A stretch of 63,990 nucleotides of DNA, the filler included, from Cercozoa sp. M6MM (lineage: Eukaryota; Protista; Endomyxa: Ascetosporea): the NCBI GenBank assembly GCA_040357565.1. It is 8 parts of 8 records of this genome, joined end to end, with 100 filler letters (N's around TTAATTAATTAA, not from the genome) between each part and the next. Parts side by side here need not be neighbours in the genome. Positions count along the whole stretch, not along the records: positions 57,883 to 62,749 come from JBDODJ010001031.1; positions 62,850 to 63,990 come from JBDODJ010002152.1; 6 more parts are not named here. One strand, written 5' to 3'. Position numbers and translations under genes: made by a program. Position 1 is the stretch's first letter; each line of letters begins with the position of its first letter. The notes beneath the pieces are model-generated. The model worked only from the letters and a program-made list of their open reading frames with translations, was not told the origin of the DNA and made no database searches. Below, piece by piece: positions 57,952 to 63,990 of the stretch.

Positions 57952-59421
57952 AGTAACAACGTCGCTCGTCATTCGCGACGGCACCAGCATGGCCGCGTCC
58001 TGTCCACACACATCGGTCCACCTCTTGTCCAAATGGACGACACTACGCACTCCCCCTTAAACCACACACGCAAAACTCACCTGCGGAGCGGCGCGCACCG
58101 CACTCTGCAGCGGCTCCTGCTTGACACAGGGGGGTAAAAGTGTCAGGGACATAGGGGGGTATAGTATGGGGGTAGGGGGGGTAAAACACACCGTGCGCAG
58201 CGCCTGCCGCACCTGCTTGAACTTGAGCAGCGCGTCCAACAGGAGCCAGTCGGCGTCGGCATCATGCACTGCTGCGTCGCTTGGCCACTTTCTACTCGGG
58301 GGGGGGGGTAAACAGGGGGGTAANNNNNNNNNNNNNNNNNNNNNNNNNNNNNNNNNNNNNNNNNNNNNNNNNNNNNNNNNNNNNNNNNNNNNNNNNNNNN
58401 NNNNNNNNNNNNNNNNNNNNNNNGGGGGGTAAACAGGGGGGTAAACAGGGGGGTAAACAGGGGGTAAACAGGGGGGTAAACAGGGGGTAAACCTGCGCTG
58501 ACGTCTGATGGACGAGCACGACACAACGACACGCGCTCTGTGTCAACAAGGTAGTTCGTGTACACCCTAGGTAGACAGTAGGTACTGGACTACCTGGTAC
58601 GGGCCAGGAGTGACAACAGGAACACATCGAAGCTGTCGACAGCGTCGGCACTCTGCATTCATACAGGTTTACCTACCCTCCCCCACCCCTACACCTCTAC
58701 CCCAGTACCCCCCCGGAATCTACCTTCATAACGGCGGTAGTATCGACAATGATAGGCACTGCACCGGCTGCTTGACAGCCCAGAAGGGCCACTGCACATA
58801 TCGAGAACTCATTGTCTCTGTTTACCTTTGCCCCCCTCCCTAGATACCCCAGTTACCAGTGTGCCATACGGCCGGAGCCGCCGGTAGCAGCAGCAGCACG
58901 CGTTGGCCGCGTTGTACGCCATAGTCCTATTAGAATGTATAGGTCTGCATATAATATAATGTATATAATAATCTCATCTATACATAATATGTTTATTAAT
59001 CGAATGTAATATAATATAATGTTACAATATAATCTAATGTATTCAATGGCAGCCTTAACAGGTTCGGAAATCAGTCTACCTGTACAAGCATGGCCGAAAC
59101 CGAGTGCGCACAGTACCACAACTCTCTACAGAGACAAGGAAGTTTTGCAGACCAAGGAGACACTAACACAAGGGGCGGGTATACCCGTAGGTGAGTTGAG
59201 TGCCATGCGACTCGCGCCACAGGTGGTCCTGTCGCACATGAGTATCCCAACATACAAGTTCAGCAGTAGAAGAGTCCCTCCTTACCACCGTGGCAATTGC
59301 GTGTCGCTCGTGTTGTTGCACGGCCATCTGCATGCACGCACCGGCGTGTCTTACCAGGCATAAAAAAGCAGATACATACCTTGGCAATGGCGCCAATCAC
59401 TGTCTTGGAAGTGTCATCCAT
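57952..59421 (-). CDS. AMP-binding (ANL superfamily)-like protein, 5' part
   Basis: QLTYGELWYCAHSVSAML-DYGVQRGQRVLLL...VALLGCQAAGAVPIIVD...LLARTRARVVVS matches the A1/A2 region of adenylate-forming enzymes. Confidence 0.65.
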
Positions 59422-59858
59422 TTCGACTCCGCGCCTTCACACGTGCACACGTCTCCTCAGGCGCGAAACTAGCTGCACGAGAAAGGCACCCAATCCAATA
59501 ATCCAAGGCATCACGACTTGCACAATAACTCACAATAGTTTGAACAGTATAACGGCCGCACCAACAATCAAGGAGCTTCACCGCGTCTGCACAGGTGTCT
59601 GTTACCCAATTCAAATCTCCTGGAGCACTCAAATCGCCTTAGCTGCTGGCATCCCTTCGAATGACCACCAAGTCTGTACAAGTGGACGGCACGCTTTGTG
59701 TTTTCTTTATTTTTTGAACTGGGTCCGCGCTAAACGGCGATCGCAGGCGCTATATTGCCCGTGTTGCTACTTCAAGCACGTTGCACGCGTCCGTGCTGTC
59801 GCCCTGGCATGCGGCGCTTGTGACAGTGATTCCATTTCCACACAAAAAACGAAAAAGC

Positions 59859-62649
59859 ATGCAAGGCAGTCTGTTCAAGAGTCAGGTGCGTTCGCTGCGC
59901 GGTGTCCAGCTAAAGTTCGACAATGAGGAGACCAGTGGCGAAGAGCTAGCAGCCGAGCGGCAGGATTCGCTCGGATGGCAGCACGAGCAAATCGAGCGAA
60001 TCGACAGCAACAGTTGCAGCCAGGAGAAGGACCAAGACTGCAGCGACAACAACAGCAACAACAGCAACAACAGCAACAACACTTGCGAGAACAACGACAA
60101 TGAAAACAATAGCAAAAGAAGACTCACTCTGGCTGAGCAAGTCCGTGCGAAGCGACAGCTGCGTGGCGGATCACTTCGAGAGAAACTGCTGCGTCGGCGT
60201 CGCGAAAGCGAAGCGAGCGAAAGTTCGCCGTCGAAGCCGAGCCAAGTGACTGACATGCGAAAGCGACGTCGCATTCGCGATCCCGGTGCACCTGATCCGT
60301 ATGTTTCGTTTTTGTTTTTGCTTAGTTGCTTTGCGAGTTGCTTTGCGAGTTGCTTTGCGAGTTGCTTTGTGAGTTGCTTTGCGAGTTGCTTTGCGAGTTG
60401 CTTTGCTTTTGAAACTTTGGAAATAAAGAGTCGCATGTAGTTTCGCTCGGCGGCAGCGCAAAGCTTCGGATTTCGCGCACTTCCTGCGACCTCAGGCGGT
60501 AGCAAAGCAAGAGTATTGAAGCTTTCGTGTGAGTTTGGCACTCTGTGCTTTTGTGCGAGCAGAGCGGCGACGCGTTCGCGCAGCAGGCGCGAGCTATCGT
60601 GGAGCGAGCGGCGCAGGACTGGAGCGGCACCTCGCTGCTCACGGACAAGAACATCTTCCTGGTGGCTCGCAATCGCGTGAAGCAACTGGCCGAGCAGTAT
60701 GATGGCAGCGCCAGACTCAGCTGCAGCACCAAGCAGCGCAGTCGACTCGGCTCACTGGCGGCTGCGTTGGAGTCCAGCGTGCTTCGCGACGCCGAGTTTA
60801 TCCACGAGCTGTGCTTGCGCTTCGCGCGACACCTCAAGCAACTCGCACTGCGCCTGCGTCATACGCTCTGCTTGCCTGCCAGCACTCGCTTCGCTTCGAC
60901 TCGCTCGCGCTGTTCCTGGACTCTCGAGTCGAGCGAGTCGCACGCGCCGCTCCAACTGCGACGCGAAGCACGAAGCGAAACACGAAGCGAAGCGCGAAGC
61001 GAAACACGAAGCGAAATGCGAAGCGAAGCACGAAGCGAAGCGCGAAGCGAAATGCGAAGCGCCAGCTTCGAAGCACGCGCTGCTACCGGGCAAAGCGCCA
61101 AGCCACACGGTCGACTCACGCTGCGCAAGCTGCGAGGCCACCTGCGACTGCTCTGGCAGTTGCTCGACTTTGCTCTGTCGCCGTCGCTCGAGGACTTTCG
61201 CGTGCGCTCCAGCGAGCTTCTGGAGCCGGTGCAGCGCATCGCGGCCGAAGCACTCGCCTGCGTCGCTTCCGACTCGCTTCGCGTGCACGTGCCGCGCGCG
61301 CAGTTCCTCACGCTGCTTCGCGAGCAGTGCCGCCGCGCTCGCAGTCTCGCCGTCGAAGCGACTTGTCTCAAGCGCCTGCGCGACGATTTCGAGCGCGCTC
61401 TGCAGCGCCACTGCGTCGCTATCGTGAGCACGCACTCGCCTTCGCTTCCCGAGTGTCTCGACGTCGCTACTCGCGTCTTTGAACTGCTCGGCCTGCGAGA
61501 CGTCTTTGTGCACCCGAACCGAGTCGACGCTACTCGCGGAAGCACTCCGAAATCTCGCGAAACCTCGCCGAGCGAGTGCGAACTGGTCGAAATCGACCTC
61601 ACTGGCGACGTTGCTGTCGTGAGCACTGCGAAACCAAGCGAAGCAACCGCGAAACCAAGCGAAGCAATCGCGAAACCAAGCGAAGCGCACTCGAAACCAA
61701 GCGAAGCAAGCGCGAAACCAAGCGAAGCAACCGCGAAACCAAGCGAAATCGGCGAAGCAGCACGTGAGTCGAGCGAAGCAACCGCCGAATCGAGCGAAGC
61801 AACCGCCGAATCGAGCGAAGCGCAGCTGCTCGCGAAAGTGCGTCGACACCGGAGTCTGCTCAAGGCGCTGTTCAAGGAGATCTCGCGTCGCATGCTGCAG
61901 TCGCACCTGCTGCAGCAGTGGCCGGACCACTCTGAGCCGGAGTCTGAGTCGAAGTTTGAGTCGAAGTCTGAGCCGGAGCCAGAGTCGGAGCCGGAAGAAC
62001 GCGACGTGCTTCGCGACGTCAGTGGCGACAACGACGGCACCGGCGACTGGCTGCGCACGCGCTGCGAAGCGGCGTGGCACGCGGCCGTGCGGCTGTCCGC
62101 GCGGATGCGCCGACTGCGGCGTTTCTTGGAGCGCACGCGACCAGCCGCGCGGAGGAGTGACGCCAACGCGGATCTGCTGGCTGCTGCCGACACTGCTGTT
62201 GGTGTTTTCCCCCCTGTTTACCCCCCTGTTTACCCCCCTATTTTACCCCCCTATTTACTCCCTATTTTACCCCCCTATTTACCCCCTATTTACCCCCTGT
62301 TTTACCCCCTATTTACCCCCTGTTTTACCCCCTATTTTACCCCCTATTTACGCCTCTATTTACCCTCTATTTACTCCCTGTTTACCCCCCTGTTTACCCC
62401 CCTGTTTACCCCCCTATATACCCCCCTATTTACCCCCCTATTTACCCCGTATTTACCCCGTATTTACCCCCTATTTACGCCCCTATTTACCCCCTCCCCC
62501 AGGCGAGACATGCCGCCTGGTGCTGTGCCGCCTGGTGCAGGCGCTGCGGTCGCGCGAGCGGCAGGAACGTCGCAACGAGGGTCGTGACTACGGCGGCGAC
62601 TTGCGACTGCCGTCGCGCATGGCACTCGTGCGACTCGACGTGCTGGCTG
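59859..62649 (+). CDS. Hypothetical, probably nuclear protein with internal peptide repeats; 3'-truncated by the spacer
   Basis: ATG at 59859, NLS-like RKRRRIR, and an open exon of about 1.6 kb containing (EARS/ETRS/EMRS)n, (AKPSEAx)n and (EPES)n repeats plus VEIDLT. Confidence 0.65.
60322..60408. repeat. 12-bp intronic minisatellite (GAGTTGCTTTGC)n
   Basis: About seven copies directly visible. Confidence 0.9.
62202..62502 (+). repeat. Intron made almost entirely of degenerate (TTTACCCCC[T/A/G])n repeats
   Basis: GT at 62202 and AG at 62501-62502. The same motif occurs in many other introns. Confidence 0.9.
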
Positions 62650-62870
62650 GTTTTACCCCCCTCTTTACCCCCTGTTTACCCCCCTGTTTACACCCCTGTT
62701 TGCCCCTCTATTTACCCCCCTTTACCCCCCTGTTTACCCCCCCCCCCCCNNNNNNNNNNNNNNNNNNNNNNNNNNNNNNNNNNNNNNNNNNNNTTAATTA
62801 ATTAANNNNNNNNNNNNNNNNNNNNNNNNNNNNNNNNNNNNNNNNNNNNCCCCCCCATTTACCCCCGCAG

Positions 62871-63391
62871 AGCCGAGTACTGATCTGCGCCGGTGCTGAC
62901 CGTTTGGACCGCGAGCTCACTCTGTACCTCTTTTACCCCCCTTTACCCCCTTAATTCCTTCCTTCTACCCACCCCCCGCATGCGACAGTGCCGTCATGCA
63001 AGGCCGTTTCTGCAACCTCTTCGTGGTAACACTACTGGTGGGGGTAAAGGGGGGGGGGGTAAAGGGGGGTAGGGAGGTAGGTAGGTAGGGGGGTAAACTC
63101 ACATTGCGCTGCTGCAGAACGGCACCGGGCACTTTGTGCACGAAGACGCGCCCGAGCAGACCGCCGACTGCCTGCAGAAGGCGATCGGTACTTTCCCTGT
63201 ATCGCACCCTTAACACCCGAATAAAGGGGCGTTGTGCCTATCTTTTCGCTCGGTTTAACGGGTGTTTTCATGCGTCAGAGCGTGCCACCGGGAAGGACGC
63301 CGCCTCGGAGCGACTGCGCCAACTCAACGCGCAGTGGCACCGCCTCGAGCAGCAGCAGCCGCACTCCAACTCTAATTCCGACTCGGAATAG
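62871..63391 (+). CDS. PPME1: Protein phosphatase methylesterase 1 (PME-1), last four exons
   Basis: SRVLICAGADRLDRELTLAVMQGRFCNLFVNGTGHFVHEDAPEQTA matches the PME-1 motif LAGxDRLDKxLxIGQMQGKF...GHxVHEDxP, including the catalytic His. Confidence 0.85.
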
Positions 63392-63621
63392 TACTTACAG
63401 TGTCTAGATAATACGCATGCGTTATTAGTCAACGAAGGCTGTCAGTTTGGCCGCGCGGGACGCAACGCAAAATACCACGCCGGGTCCCAGGTCACTTGGC
63501 TAACTTTCGACAATTTTGACAAACTAGAGTGCCTTGCAACTTGCAGTAGTAGTCTGGCTGGTGCGTGGGGACAAGAAACGGCAGTTGTGGTGAACTGAGT
63601 CCATTTGCTTTAATTTCGGAA

Positions 63622-63890
63622 TCAGCACTTTTTTGTGTTCCGTTCGTCTGGGCTGTTTTTGTGTGCATTATTGCTGTTGTTGTTGTTTCTGCTGCTGTTG
63701 CTGGTGACGACGCGGCTTGTACGCAGAGAGCGACGAGCGCGTGCTGCTGCCCGTGAGACGATACGGGTTGCGACGCGATCTAAAACCAAAACGGAGTTAA
63801 AACAAAAGAAAGACGAAAACTAAGCGGATGCACCTGTGGTTATCGCTCGTGTTTCGAGAGCGTCTGCGACTCCTTCGAGTCTCTGCAGCA
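63622..63890 (-). CDS. Last two exons of an unidentified gene entering from the right edge; frame uncertain
   Basis: GT-AG intron at about 63780-63833 flanked by open low-complexity frames, with a (CA)n intron upstream. Confidence 0.3.
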
Positions 63891-63917
63891 GAGAATTGTG
63901 TGTGTGTGCGTGTGCGT

Positions 63918-63990
<73 letters not shown>

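Noticed and set aside
61625-61820. CRISPR-like array
   Set aside because: In-frame 21-bp tandem coding repeats with no unique spacers, in a eukaryotic context with no cas genes.
60752-62193. Long antisense ORFs of 442 and 444 aa
   Set aside because: They shadow a GC-rich repetitive sense exon and show no independent motifs.
62202-62502. Interstitial telomere repeats
   Set aside because: TTTACCC/GGGTAAA is not TTTAGGG/CCCTAAA or TTAGGG, and the arrays are degenerate and bounded by splice sites.
59859-63391. Fusion of the repeat protein with PME-1
   Set aside because: The two are separated by an artificial spacer, and the upstream gene shows no alpha/beta-hydrolase motifs.

Overview
Intron-dense, microsatellite-rich nuclear DNA from a eukaryote, most likely a unicellular one; the lineage cannot be assigned from this sequence alone. 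Seven artificial 100-bp N/TTAATTAATTAA/N spacers split the window into eight pieces, so adjacency across them is not proven biology. I spliced genes by hand (GT-AG introns, mostly about 50-100 nt), so boundaries are approximate. Recognisable genes: a PH-polyproline-WH2-acidic (VCA) protein, a TTL-family ligase, WDR55, RPB3, an M14 carboxypeptidase (3' part), a P4-ATPase, a GDA1/CD39 NTPDase, UTP20, a kinesin, a La-motif/RRM protein, an AMP-binding-enzyme-like protein and PPME1 (3' end), plus several hypothetical genes. The most notable observations are five. (1) The 5' splice-site consensus is shifted to GTACCY, with the normally dominant +5G almost absent. (2) The TTL-family ligase has a signal peptide and ends in KHEL. 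(3) The La/RRM protein is fused to a HARE-HTH-like winged helix, has an altered 3'-oligo(U) pocket, and sits beside an HTH-only tandem paralog that differs by one intron. (4) Two TG...CA LTR-like elements each start 32-35 nt after a stop codon, in the same orientation relative to the host gene. (5) The VCA protein may be a RhoGEF-type actin nucleation factor.
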